A DNA stretch of 64,000 nt, from the NCBI GenBank assembly GCA_025594325.1, contig JANHCV010000008.1, forward strand, positions 930,001 to 994,000. Reading direction: 5' to 3'. Under the pieces are notes generated by a model, which was not told the DNA's origin, did no database searches, and saw only the letters and a program-made list of their open reading frames with translations. Shown here piece by piece: positions 46,975 through 58,610 of the stretch (its first letter is position 1; every line of letters begins with the position of its first letter). The stretch is from Blastocladiella emersonii ATCC 22665. Lineage: Eukaryota > Fungi > Blastocladiomycota. Made by a program: the position numbers and the translations under genes.

Positions 46975-49250
46975 TTCTCAGCAGTAGGCTGAGTTTCTGT
47001 GGAGCTGAATTCGCGCTCAAGCTGGGCCATTTGGCACGCCTGACTTTTCTGCCACTCCCATCAACACGCGTCGCGACGCGTCTCGGTCGAGCTCGAATTA
47101 TCTTCTCCTCAATTTTCTCCAAATCCTCTTAATAAATCTACCCTCTAACTCTATGCAACTCAACTAAAATCGTCTGGGGCACAGTTCGACGTCGGAATAC
47201 TCTCCGTGTACCTGACCTCTCACGCTTCCCGCTCCTCCCGCGGCCACTGTGCATATCCTCTACATTTCCTCCGTCCTTCATGTCCTACGTGGGCATCCAC
47301 ACGCTTCCCTGACGCTTTGATTTAATTCACCGCTTGCGCGTATTGTGTCTCGCGTTTTTTTGTCTCACGTCTCCTGTCTCGCACTCGTGGCGTGCGCGAG
47401 ACACATCGCGTCTCTTGTGTCTCACTAGCACGAGACGCGCACGAGATCTCCATGGTCGGCGCCGAGCTGTTCGCCGCAATGCACTTGCGCTTCGACGCGC
47501 TATACCCGAGCCGCGACCATCGTCCGTTTGGCGGCCTGCACGTCCTCGCGTTTGGCGACTTTTTCCAGTTCGAGCCCGTCATGGCCCGCTCGCTCACGGT
47601 TCCATCTGAGCAGCCGGTCGAACGCGCACCCGAACCCGAGGTGGATGCAGCTCATGATGGCGACTCGATGCGGGTCGACGGCGAGCCTCAGCAGCAGCAG
47701 CAGAAGAAGCGCGCGTCCAAGCGCAAGGAGCGGCCAGCGGTCAGCAGAACTCGAACTGACGCCAACATTGGTCGCGATCAGTGGCTCGCCTTCGACTCGG
47801 TCTTCTTCCTCGTGCAGCAGATGCGGCAGTCGGGCGACGCGAGCTTCCTCAACGTGCTCCAGGACCTGCGCAACTGCATCGTCTCGCAGCGCGTGATCGA
47901 GTACCTCGGCTCGCGGCGAGCAGACGTCGTACTGGGCCAGCACCCAGGCCAGCTCGACGACTGGAGCGACCAGGTCCTCATCACGGGGCAGAACTCGGTG
48001 CGCGACGCGTGGAACTCGATGGCCGCCGCGAAACACGCGCGTCGCCTCGGTCTCCAACCCGACGAAATCTTTGACCTCGAGTGCGTCGATCTCGTCCGCA
48101 AGCCCTCCACAACCGGACCACTCCTTTGGCGGCAGCTCGTCATTGAGAGCAGCGGTCAGAGCCAGAGCGACCAGCGCATGCTCAACTTCGCAAAACTGCT
48201 TCCCTCGAGCAAGACGGACCACATCCCGTCTACCCTCAAGCTGTTTGCTGGCGCGCGTGTCATCGTGACGCGGAACATCAACACGCCGTACGTCTCCGCG
48301 TCATATTCGCCGGCCATTAGGCGCGTGGACTCACCAGCGCTTCCTCGCTTCGCATCGTGTAGTCGCGGCATCGTCAACGGCGTCATTGGCCGTGTTGAAG
48401 GCTTTGCCACCGACGCGAACAACGGCATTGATGCAGTCATCATCCGGCCCAACAGGGATCTGGGTCGCATCCCCAAGCTACCCGGGATCCCCGACGGCTG
48501 CTTCCCGCTGCGCCGCGAGATCACCTCGTTCCGCCTCAAGAACAAGGTGGCCGGCACATCCAAGACGATCCATCGAGCCTAGTTCCCGCTCGAGCTCGCG
48601 TACGCGCTGACGGCGCACAAGGCCCAAGGGATGACCCTCGAAAAGGTCATCGTTGATCTCGCCGACATGACGCGTGGATCGTTACCGTCGCGCTTCCTGT
48701 ACATGATCCTATCGCGTGTACGGCGCGGTGACGACATCCTGATCCTGCGTGATCCAGGTATCCAAGGCCTGAATCAAACGCAGGATCAACATTTACTTGC
48801 CGAGTACGCTTGACTGCAATGTGCTGGCGGAGGCAACTGTTAAGACAGGGATCACGGCTCAACGATGTGTATTCGAAGTCTCCTCCTCGCTAGCGGGGAC
48901 CCGCTGGGTTTTGTACAGCGGGGCGGCGCCGGCGGACGCGTTGGTGCGCGCCGCGGGCGGTGAGAGACGCGACACGCGTCCTGGCTTGGGGCCTCGTGCG
49001 GCCGCGTGAGGGACGCGTGATCACGCGTCTGTCTCACGCAGGCTGGGAGACAGGCCAGCTGAGGTCGGGACCGGACCCCGAATCCTAACAGCAACCACTA
49101 CCTAGTCCTGAGCTCATTAATACGTAGCTATTTTGACACGTCATTCACTACTCGCCTTTCAACGCGGACGGAACTTGACGTCCAGCTTATTTTCAAGTCA
49201 GCCTAGTCGCCTACTGCTGAGACAGAGTGTGCAAAGCACACACCCCTAGT
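46975..49250 (+). mobile_element. Helentron/Helitron2-like element, internally deleted (copy 2)
   Basis: 5' TTCTCAGCAGTAGGCTGAG. 3' CCTACTGCTGAGA, hairpin GTGTGC-AAA-GCACAC and CCCCTAG|T. 46975-47160 is the reverse complement of 41070-41255, and the helicase segment is near-identical to copy 1. Confidence 0.85.
47392..48813 (+). pseudogene. PIF1-family helicase C-terminal part of Helitron RepHel
   Basis: EISMVGAELF, GDFFQFEPV, GIVNGVIG, then RA*FPLELAYALTAHKAQGMTLEKV...LYMILSRVR. The TAG at 48580 replaces the Q of QFPL. Confidence 0.9.
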
Positions 49251-49545
49251 CGGTTCAAGTGACCTGGCACAAGGCGCACCCAGTTTTGATAACGTGTGAC
49301 TGGCACTGTCGCGAGCAATGAATCTTTCTTGTAGCCCAACCCGTGCAATTATTCGCTCCATACTTTCAAAGCGTTACCGCGTGGCGCGTCGTGTGATCGA
49401 AGATTGATCCGAGGTCACGCGATGCTGTTTGACCCTTGAAGGCACGGCGGCGCTGACCGAAGCCACCCCAGCTCCCCGCTACCATGTAAGCTTTGAATGA
49501 ATCGCCATGAACACTCCATGCAACCGAAACAGCGACCTAGCGTAA

Positions 49546-51724
49546 ATGCAATGCGTTGGTCGTGACAGCAAAGTCGAGCTTGAGCGACTTCACCGTCGAG
49601 CGATGAATTTACGGTTGTCGCTCATCCGCCTTGGTCTAACCACTCGCCTTCGCACGCTTCCTCCCGGTAATGCCAACCTTATTGCTCAGTCTCAATCAAT
49701 TTTCTTGGAGCTCCACAAAATGGCCCAACAATGTGCTGCGCTCGAGGCGCAGGCTCAACCCGTGACTCCCGCCCAGCAAGAATCCCGTGCCTTTCCGAAC
49801 GCTTCCTCGCCAACTTCACCGACTGCAAGCCTTCACGTACATCCTGCGACGTATGACCGTGTTCCCTTACCCAGTGCTGCTTCTCCACCTGCATTTCTGG
49901 CTCCCATCTTGCCATCTCCGCCAACGGATGCGTCAAACACGTCCGAAACCGTAGAATTGAATGATTTATCCGCGGCGCACTCACTGGATTCCAATTTGTC
50001 GCCAGTTCGGTCGCCGTGCACCAACTCGCCTGGATCGGAATTGGCGGATCGCTCAGCTGCTGTTGATTTTGCGACCGCCCAACCCTCTCCAATTAACGAT
50101 CGGGCGTCTGATCCCGAGCATGGTTCCATTCTTGATGCCAATCCTTCGCCCGTGCGCGGTTCCGAGCTCGCGCGTCAGATCATTACCACTTCTCTTCAAT
50201 CATCGGCTACAGGCTTGATCGAGCTGCCCACGGCTATGCTGGCCCGGACCTTGCTGCAAGCCGAGATTGATTCCCTTTCAGACGAGGACGCGGTTGACGA
50301 GCCTCGGATTACGACTGGGAATATCGGCCCAACGGCCCTCGGGTCTTCGAATGCCAACGTCATTGCCATTCTACGCCGTGCGCACATTCTTGCGCTCCTT
50401 GGCGTTATCAACCCGAGCGGTGAGGAGTCGCCCGCGCACCTGTACGGCGCGTTCGTGTACTCGCGCATCGAGATGCTACTCGAAAACCCCGAGCTGCTCG
50501 CCAAGTTCCTCGCGCGGATCCGCGCCATCGGCCCGCATGACGGCGGCGTCCTCGCTGAGGCGATGCAGCGCGCGTGCACCGTCGCCAACTGCCGCGCGTG
50601 GATGCGGCGGTACGCGAACCCGACCCGCGTTCGCTCCACATCGTCGCTCGCGCTCGAGGCCGAGGACCTCACGCCGATCGTGCTGTTCCTCGCGTGCGTC
50701 GCCGACAACCTCGAGGCGGCGCTCGGGTGCGCGGACGTGTTCGTGCACGGCGAGTCGACCAAGATCGAGATCATTGCGGCGCTCATCCACACGACGAGCC
50801 ACTCCCTCATGATGCACGCGCGCGAGTGGTACCGCGCGAGCGTGTACGGCGACGTGGACGACGACGCCATCCCGTCGTGGCTCAAGGCGAACGGGCCCGA
50901 GGACCCGCTCTGGTGCCGCTTTCTCGTCTACGCCAAGTTCACGCCGCTGCTCATGTACATGCGCCGCGATCCCGCCCGCACGCACGCGTCGCCCGCGGCT
51001 AACGGCGAGGATCTCGCTGGCGTGTACCGCGTCCTGCAGGGCGCGCTGCGGCCGCCCGCCGCGTCAGGCACCGTTGGCGACGCGCTCGTCGACCAGATCA
51101 CGATCCCCGCCACCATCTTTGAGAACTTTGGCCGCGGGATCCCGATGCTCGGCCTGCGCGTGCCCGCCATGCGCGAGGAGATGGTGGACGGGGCGCTGCA
51201 GATGATCGATGCGACGCCGTTCGCCGCGCTCAAGATCGTGACCGAGATCGCGCTCGTCGCCTCCGCCTCGCCCGCGCACCTCAAGTACACGCAGCCCGGC
51301 ACCGCCGGCAAGACGACGATCGTGTTCCTCAACGCCGACGGTACGCCCTCGCCGCGCGCTCGCGCTCGTTGACCCGCCGCGCGCCGCGAGCATACGCTGA
51401 CACGCGCGAGCCCCACGTGTAGCCGAGACGCGGAGCGGCGCCGTGCAGCGCGTCGTCGACCACCCGCACGACGATACCACGTCTGCCCTTTTTGCCGCTG
51501 CTCGAGCGCCGCTGGACGATTCGGCTGCTGAGCGGGCAATCAACGCTCGCGTTGTGAAGCACCGCAAGAGCTGGCCGCCGACCAAGGTCGCGCAGCACTG
51601 GATCAAGTCCGCCGTTGCAACCCAGACGGTCAAGAAGGCAGTCGCCGCGATACCTGCCGCGGAAGGCCCGCGCAACTGGACCGAGTTTCGCGAGAACCTC
51701 GAGCTTTTGGCTATTCCACCATAA
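49546..51724 (+). CDS. Chimeric gene: Gag-family leader fused to an unrelated two-exon domain
   Basis: LHRRAMNLRLSLIRLGL leader plus S/P linker, then no capsid or knuckle motifs. Intron 51341-51422 (GTACGC...GCTGAC...TAG) joins ORF 51443-51724 in frame. An in-frame MNTPCN...TAA precedes it at 49507-49545. Confidence 0.65.
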
Positions 51725-52208
51725 ATGGCGCAAGGCGTGGGCTCCGCATCACAAAACCCGGAACGGTCAACTGGGACAATATGACCTGACATGGGTGTCG
51801 GTCAGCACAATTGACTTCATATGAGCTACCCCGATGAGTTGAGCCTCATACAGGGCGAATTGAGGGTCAGGGACTCGGGCTGAGCTGGACCCAATTCGGG
51901 GCCAATTGAGCGACAGGTTCGGCGGCGGGAAGTACTCGATATATGAGCAGCGCGAAATGTCACAGTGAAAAAGCACCCAGGTTAGGGCTGCGGTTAGGTG
52001 GGCTTAGCTGCGGTGCGATCGCGATCGGCGCCACGCGCCAAAGTCCCTGAGCTAGCACCTCGGTTAGGAAAGCTTAGCTCGGCGTGCGGCTTAGGATAGA
52101 GTTTGGCCCGGTTTGCAACTCCATCACGCTAACCCTTCTCCTAACCTCGGCCTAAGCACTCCCACCGTTACTCAATGAATACACCATGTATACTAGTTGC
52201 AACACCTT

Positions 52209-53140
52209 CTATGTGCTCGTCCACGTCGGGACAGGGATCTCGCACGCGATCCAGCTTGCCCGCGTCGTCGTGGCGTCCACCGTGGTGATCGGCGCCTCGA
52301 CCTTCCTCCGCCGCTCCGACCGCGTCAAGCGCCGGTCGCTGCACACGCGCGCCGTGATGGCCTGCACTGGAAGGGCCAGGTGGGCGCCGTCGCCAGCGTC
52401 CAAGGGCTCCTCGATCCGTCGCACGCCCGCGATCTCGATCCGCTTGGGAAAGTTGTCGGCGAGGTCGTCATGCACGTAGTCGACCTCGTTGACGAGCGTC
52501 ACCTGCGCAAAGACCTGGCCGACGTACTCGAAGAAACCCGTGCACCGCGCGAGCGCCGACACAAGCTCGAGGCCATGAGTTGCTGGCGCGGCCGCGCTCC
52601 AGCGCCGCGAGAAGACGGTGAGCGCTTGCTTGTTGCTGAGCGTTTCCCGTAACAGGCGCGGTATCACGATGCGTGCCAGGTGAATGGACGCCAACACGGA
52701 GAGCGCAGCGGGAGACCGCGACCTGCATCAGGTCCTCCCGCACTTCGTTGTGATTGTCCTTGATATCCCCGTTCCGCCGTTCACCAGGTACCCGCTCGTG
52801 TCGCCGTCCCTGTGCTGGCTCCAGGCGCTGTTTGTCGCAGCGGACCTGGCCACCGCCAACCGCGCTATGTGCTGAGCCGCCCTGCGCGTCACCTCGTTCT
52901 TGCGCGACGTACTCCAAAGGCTCCTCGCCGTCGCTGCCGTCCTGCACGCCCAGCAGGCCACGGGCGTCGATACTCGCGCCCCGCCGCTCACCGCGGGTCT
53001 GTACGCCGCCGCGTGCCTGCTCGCCGCGGGGCTCGCGCATGCGCACGTCCTTACCATGCTGTACCCTTGAGCGACCATGGCGGCGACCGAAGATCGCCCA
53101 CGCAAAGTCGCCGGGAGCGTCATGTACCGGTTCTGCATCT
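52209..53140 (-). pseudogene. Possible degenerate transposase 3' exons in element C
   Basis: GFFEYVGQVFAQV and PVACWA...SLWSTSRKNE loosely resemble CACTA-type C-terminal segments. Confidence 0.35.
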
Positions 53141-53265
53141 AGAGGGACCGCCGCGCGATACCGACTCGATGGCGCCCTACTACGCACAGCTGCGCGCCTC
53201 GCGCCACGCACAGTGGACTTCAACGCATCCGTCGTCGGCGCCAAGGGCGGGGCAGGTTTCACCCG

Positions 53266-53845
53266 GTGCATCAGTTTGTCGCGCAGCTCGGCCAGTGTGG
53301 GAGCTTCGTCCCCGCCAACCGCGAGAAGTCGGTGCATGACCTGCTGCAGTTTGAGTTCAGGCTCGTCGTCGGCGACTGTGTCACCAAGGTCAAGCGGCGT
53401 CGCCCCTCGTGGCGCAGCGCCAAGGTATGTGGACGCGTGATGGGCGTCTTTTTGTCGCGGTTGACTGACACGCGAGGGACGAGTGTAGATTGTGCGCCTT
53501 ATCGATCGGGTGCGCCCGATTGCGCTCTACCATCCCGCCGAGATTGGCGAGGATGACGCATCCACGCCCTCACCTCAGCATCACGCGCGCGGGAACCGGC
53601 GCCTGGCCGTCGTCGCAGTCGACCATTTCGCGGCCCCGCCCGAAATGCCTATGGCGGGAATGCTCGTCCCTTTTGACGTGCGCGCGAGCGAGCAGGCGAC
53701 CCTCGGCTTCGACATGGCCGCGCGGCACGCGGACTCGACCATTGAGACTAACCGCCAGGACCGGATTCGCGAGGCCGAGGTGCTCGCAGAGCATCCCGAT
53801 GACCCGTCGCACAAGCTGCTCTACCCGCCCTCTGATGGTGCGTGA
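53266..53845 (+). pseudogene. 3' exons of an accessory gene in element C
   Basis: High-GC3 coding stretches joined by a GTATGT...TAG intron (about 53425-53488). No 5' end. Confidence 0.4.
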
Positions 53846-55069
53846 ACAGGGCGGCCGCGTCGCCGTTGCGCGACACAGCGCCAGGGCACCAGTTGGACGC
53901 ATTTGATTGTATTTCTTCCGTTAAATACGTGGCAAGCAGTGCCTTATTTCAGTTCTATCGTGATAAACAAACCTTGAGGATTTTGCGACACGGGTAGCAT
54001 GACTCGTGCAACGGCGTGCGAGCCAGCCGTGCAGTTGTGGACGCGGCGGTCATCTGCACGTGACGCGTCGTGGGGACCGAACAAGGTTTCGAACCCCTTC
54101 GCTCGCGTTCTTGCTGAGACCGGGAGGGTCCTTCCGCCGCGGCGGTATTTAAGCTTCGCGCGCCCGCCCTCTGCTCAGCAAGGCACTCTTCTCCCCCGCG
54201 GCCGCCCCTCGTCTAGATATTCGCCTCGTATAGCATGCGCGCCACGGCCGACGTGACGGCGACGGGTACGCCTCCTCCCAGTTTGACCGTGACGGTCGTG
54301 TGTGTCTCATCGGCCGACCTAACTCATGGCTAACCTGTACTGTGTCCGCTCGTCATTGTCTAGGCTAACGGAATCGGCCCAGGTCGGCGTGAAGGTCGAT
54401 GGCCATGGTCGGCCTGTTCTCGTCTCGTCGCTGATCCGTGCGTGAGCTGCTGTTTCTCCTCCTCTTCGCCTCCACCAATGCCTCTCGTGGTATCTCGACG
54501 AGTGTGCTGGCGAGCGGAGCCCGTCCTCACGGGCCTCGTTTGCGGGCCGCCGTCGCAAGGCGCCTCGCTCGTGCTCCTCGGACCGTTCAATGAAGTCCTG
54601 CGTGCCGTGAATCGTAGCCGGTATCGCTCAAGCATATCGATGTACGTGTTCTCCTCATCACGACTCGGCGGTGGTGCTGGGCGGACGCGACCGCCGCCAC
54701 GTCCGCGGCCGCGGCTTGCCGCTGCTGCTCGAGCTGTACCTGGCCATCATCGCGAAGGCGGTTGGTTTCGGCTCGACGCGGCGGTCGCGAGTCGCGGCCG
54801 ACGAGTACGGCGGTATTCGCCGTTGTGTTCGCCGTCGCTGCTCGGGGGAGCGGCGGCGTGTGACGGGTGGCGGTCGCGGGCTGTGCGGTGTCCTGGGACC
54901 GGCCGATCGGGGGCGGCGTGATTTCGGGCGGCGAGTGTGGCGCAACGCGTGGGACGCGTGCGCGAGCGCAAGCGGCGTGGCCGCTGTTTTAATCACCTCA
55001 ATATACGTGATTTGCCGAAAACGTGTCATGATGAGTCAGTAAATGATATTCAGCTGTATCGAGCCTAAT

Positions 55070-55428
55070 TAGCTGCTAACCAGCTCCTAATCGCTTCCGA
55101 TACTAATCTACGCTAACTTCGCACTAATCCGTCTCGCGATTAGTCGCGCTTCTCCAACCTCGTCGCGCGTCAAACTACGCCAAAGCGCCTTCAAACTCAT
55201 TACTTGTTAGCCGGCTGCTAACCGCGACGCTAGCTCGACTACTAGTCGTTGCTAACCCACGACCTAACCTTGCGTCGCTAACCCACGATCCTAACCTGAC
55301 CATGACTGGTTAGAGATTCGATCGCGCTAACCGGTCTCCTAACCCTTCTTAACCGTTCCGAAAAACCTAAGCGGTGCTAACCTACCCTAACCATGGGTTA
55401 GGAGCGGGTTAGGGCAATTTCCTAACCG
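55070..55428. repeat. Telomere-like CTAACC / GGTTAG(G) subterminal repeats of element C
   Basis: More than a dozen CTAAC(C)/GGTTAG units. A mirrored set lies at 51980-52160. Confidence 0.8.
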
Positions 55429-55516
55429 GGGTGCTTTTTCACTGTGGTGGGATAGCAGTTGAGGGGGCAGATGTGCGCGAGTAGCGCGCTGCGGCGTGTG
55501 AAGCGGCCGCCGCGCG

Positions 55517-56760
55517 CTAGCGGATCGAGTTCAGGAAGCCTGGAAGCTCGCTGATGTGGTACTGGTCGCGGCCCACGCACGGGTTGAGCCAGAAGCGCGT
55601 GAAGTGGCTCTGGCGCGCGGCCGTGGCCCGCGACCCACTGAAGCGGGCGCCTTTCTCGGGACGCACGAACGGCATCTTGAGCTCCTTGAGCACCTTTTGC
55701 GCGCTCGTCGTCGCCGAGAACGCGGGCACGACATGAGCAGCGACCGCGACGGCCGCGGCCGACATGGCAAAGGGCGCGGCACTTCGCGTGAGCTTGAGGT
55801 AGCCCAGGTCGTCGTGCGGCCCGTTGAGTTGCCGCTGAAAGTGGTAGCCGAACACGACGTTGAAGGCGTACATGGTGCCCTTTCCATCCTCGTAGTCAAA
55901 CTCGAGGAAGATGCGCGGCTCGACAAAGCGCCGCTGGCCATCGTCAAGGCGGACCTACAAGCATGCGAGCACCCGTCAGCGACTGCGCGCGTGAATCGAC
56001 GCAGCGATGGGCGCGCGTCACATACGCGAAAACGTACGATCATGGTAACCCAGCGAAGCGAGCCGTACAGCGTAACGACGCGCGCGTGTATGAACTCCTG
56101 GACCGTTTTGTCGAGGAGCTCGCTATGCTTCGCCAAAATGACCGTCTGGTACACCTTGAGCAACGCGACAACGGGCATCGATGATCGTAGCGCCGTCGTG
56201 CGCCGCTGTTCCCGCCGGCCTCGTCGATGACGTTCATGACGCCCACCATGGCGACCTGCTCGAAGTTGTTGAGCGTGTTGAGCTGCTGGGCGAGGGGGTG
56301 CGCGGGTGCCCCAACACGGACGCGCGAGCGGATCAAGGTAGCTCCAAACAAACTGAAAGCAGCAGAAGCGAGAGCGTATCTCTCAGCCGCGCAGAGCAAC
56401 TACTCTCAGTCCAGGGCCCCGTTGCACATGTGAACTGACTCGATGGTGGGCAGCAGAAGGCGGCATTCGATGTGCAAGGCGCACTTTCTCTCACACAGCT
56501 CGCGTCAGCACCCGCCCGTGCAGAATACTCTAAGATTGGTCGCCCAATTGTGCAGGTCGACAACGAGCAGGTCCCAGATTGGGTGAAGAGGCTGCGGTGG
56601 GAGGAGGAAGCGCAAACGTCGCCGTTGTCCAAGGCCGACTTGGTGAAGTAGCGGCGGAGCGCAGCTGCACGCAGAGCCGTATGCATCCGGCTAGTTTCAT
56701 GAGTTTGTATCAATTTAAAGACGTTGCAGAGTGTTGTGGCAGCGAAGATGGGGTCGGCGG
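55517..56760 (-). pseudogene. Transposase 3' exons of element B
   Basis: Ends AHVVPAF...RFWLNP, parallel to HLVPTF...YHLNW of the element A transposase. Intron-split, with the 5' part missing. Confidence 0.6.
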
Positions 56761-57285
56761 GGTCGGCGGGCGGTGGCGGCACTCGTGGCGCCCGTGGCAC
56801 GTCGCGTCCTCCCTGAACGAGGCGCGATCGGGCGGTCAGCTGATCGCTGAGAACGAAGCGACTTGGCCGCGCGCGCGCGCCGGTGGTCGGTGTCTTGGAT
56901 CCATTCCGGCTCAAAGTCGCTGCGTCGCCCACGCTTCCGCTCCCGCTCCGCCGCCGACCATTGGCTCCATGTAGCGCCATGCATCGCCCTCGCTCCTCCA
57001 TCTGTGACGCGCACGGACGCACGTCGCCGCCGTAGCTGAGGTGCGGCCCACGACGCCGCGACGCTATCCGCTCGGTCTCACCCTCCGCGTCTCGCGCTGG
57101 CAGCTGTAGTGGCACCCCGGACGGCAACGCTCGCGGTCGCAGTGGCTCAAGCGCTCGCTCGCTCGCCACCGTGTCGCTGCTCGAGACACGACCGCGGCCG
57201 GTCCCCGACTGGCCCTGCGAGTCGCGTAGCGGCAGCAGCAGCGGTCGCGGCCGTGGAACTAACTTCGGCACAGGCTGCGGTACTG

Positions 57286-58610
57286 ATGCCGTCGACCCTC
57301 GAGGCGACCGTGACCCGGCTCGTGGCCGTGGCTCAGGTCAAGGCCAGGTCGAGGTACGCCGTCCTGCTCCCTGCTCCCGCCCGCCACTTTGCTCCCTGCT
57401 CCCACGCCCGCCGCCCATCTCATCTCCCGCTCGACTTGGTCTCGCTGCCTACCGCGCTGCTGTCGCCGCGAGCCTGCCTTGAACGGCGCGGTGCGGCGCG
57501 ATTGTGCGGCGTCCACGTCGTAATCTTCCCCTCCCTGCATCCTTACACCCGAAGCTTCGCGCTCAAGACGCTTGTCCACTCACACCTGCCCGCCTTTCTC
57601 GCTCCAGGACCACGTCGGCGCCGACGGTCGCCGTGTTCCGCCCCGTCCGCCGCAAGCGCCGCGCGTGAACTCGCCCTCATCGCCACCGACGCCATCGCGC
57701 GTCCAGCTCGCCACCCGCGTGGTCAAGTCGCCCGGAAAGGCCTTCACGCTGGCGCGCAAGACGCTCGTCCTCATCCGCGGCCCCTACACGCCGTCGGGCG
57801 ACGAGGCGTTTGTCAAGCTGTTCCACAAGCGCCGCTACAAGTTCTCGCACAAGACCAAGCGCGGGAAACGCGGCGACGAGTCGGTACGTTGCGCGTGGGT
57901 CGCCCTCGGGGACCTTTGCTTACCACGGCACGGCCGTGTAGGACTCGATGACCATTGCCGACGCGCGCGGCCTGCTGGTCACCTCGGTCAAGAGTGCCGC
58001 CAGCAACTACGTGCTCCAGCTCCAGAACATGACGATCGCGCCGCCGTCGGATCGCAGCGCGACCCAGGCGCCCGTGATCATCTCTTACGTGCAGGTCCCG
58101 CGTCCTCAACCCGCACAAGGGTGGTACGTGCTATGACCCCGTGCGCGATGTGCTTGATTCTAACCCTACCCCACTTCGTGCGCACGCTCTAAACGGACGA
58201 GCTCATCGAGGACCTCGCGCCCATGATCCAGCTCCTGCACTGCCCGAGCCGCAACAAGGAGCGCGACACGAAGCCGTGGATGCGGCCCGACCACGCGCCC
58301 GCGGTCGCGACGCGACGCTGGCACCATCAAGCAGTACGCGGTCGAGATCATTGCGGCCATCGCGGTCTTGATACGCGCTCACTGTCTAGGCGATGCCACA
58401 CTCGCTGACCGGCGGCGCTCGTACCGCTAGGCGTTCAAGTTCGTCATGGCGCAGGCACACGAGGGTGCCCACAAGTCCATGGACAGGGACAAGGCGACGG
58501 CGACCCACAAGGCCGTGGTCGGCGCGCTCCACGCCCAGGACGCCTTCGACGCGCGGGAAGTGGCCGAGGAGCTGCTCAGCGTGACCATCGGCCCCGAGAA
58601 GAAGAAGTAG
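57286..58610 (+). CDS. Multi-exon accessory gene of element B
   Basis: MPSTLEATV start, several GTACG...AG introns, high-GC3 exons (KLFHKRRYKFSHKTKRGK; ...IGPEKKK*). Divergent from the transposase. Confidence 0.5.

Larger units (their letters stand above)
51961..55446. mobile_element. Element C: non-autonomous CACTA-like TIR element nested in B
   Basis: 26-bp TIR CACAGTGAAAAAGCACCC(A/C)GGTTAGG, 2-bp TSD GT, and GGTTAG/CTAACC subterminal repeats at both ends. Confidence 0.88.

Noticed and set aside
47392-48813. Host PIF1 helicase gene
   Set aside because: It lies between Helentron termini, is duplicated with Rep remnants at 38453-40840, lacks Walker A and has a nonsense codon.
19823-49545. 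Alternative genetic code, stop read-through or RIP suggested by in-frame TAA/TAG at 19823, 31028, about 39270, 48580 and 49543
   Set aside because: TAA and TAG terminate intact genes normally, most cases lie in otherwise damaged copies, and five events are too few to call RIP.
51961-55446. Transib/RAG-like element
   Set aside because: The TSD is 2 bp rather than 5 bp, there is no spaced nonamer, and no RAG-like coding sequence was recognised.
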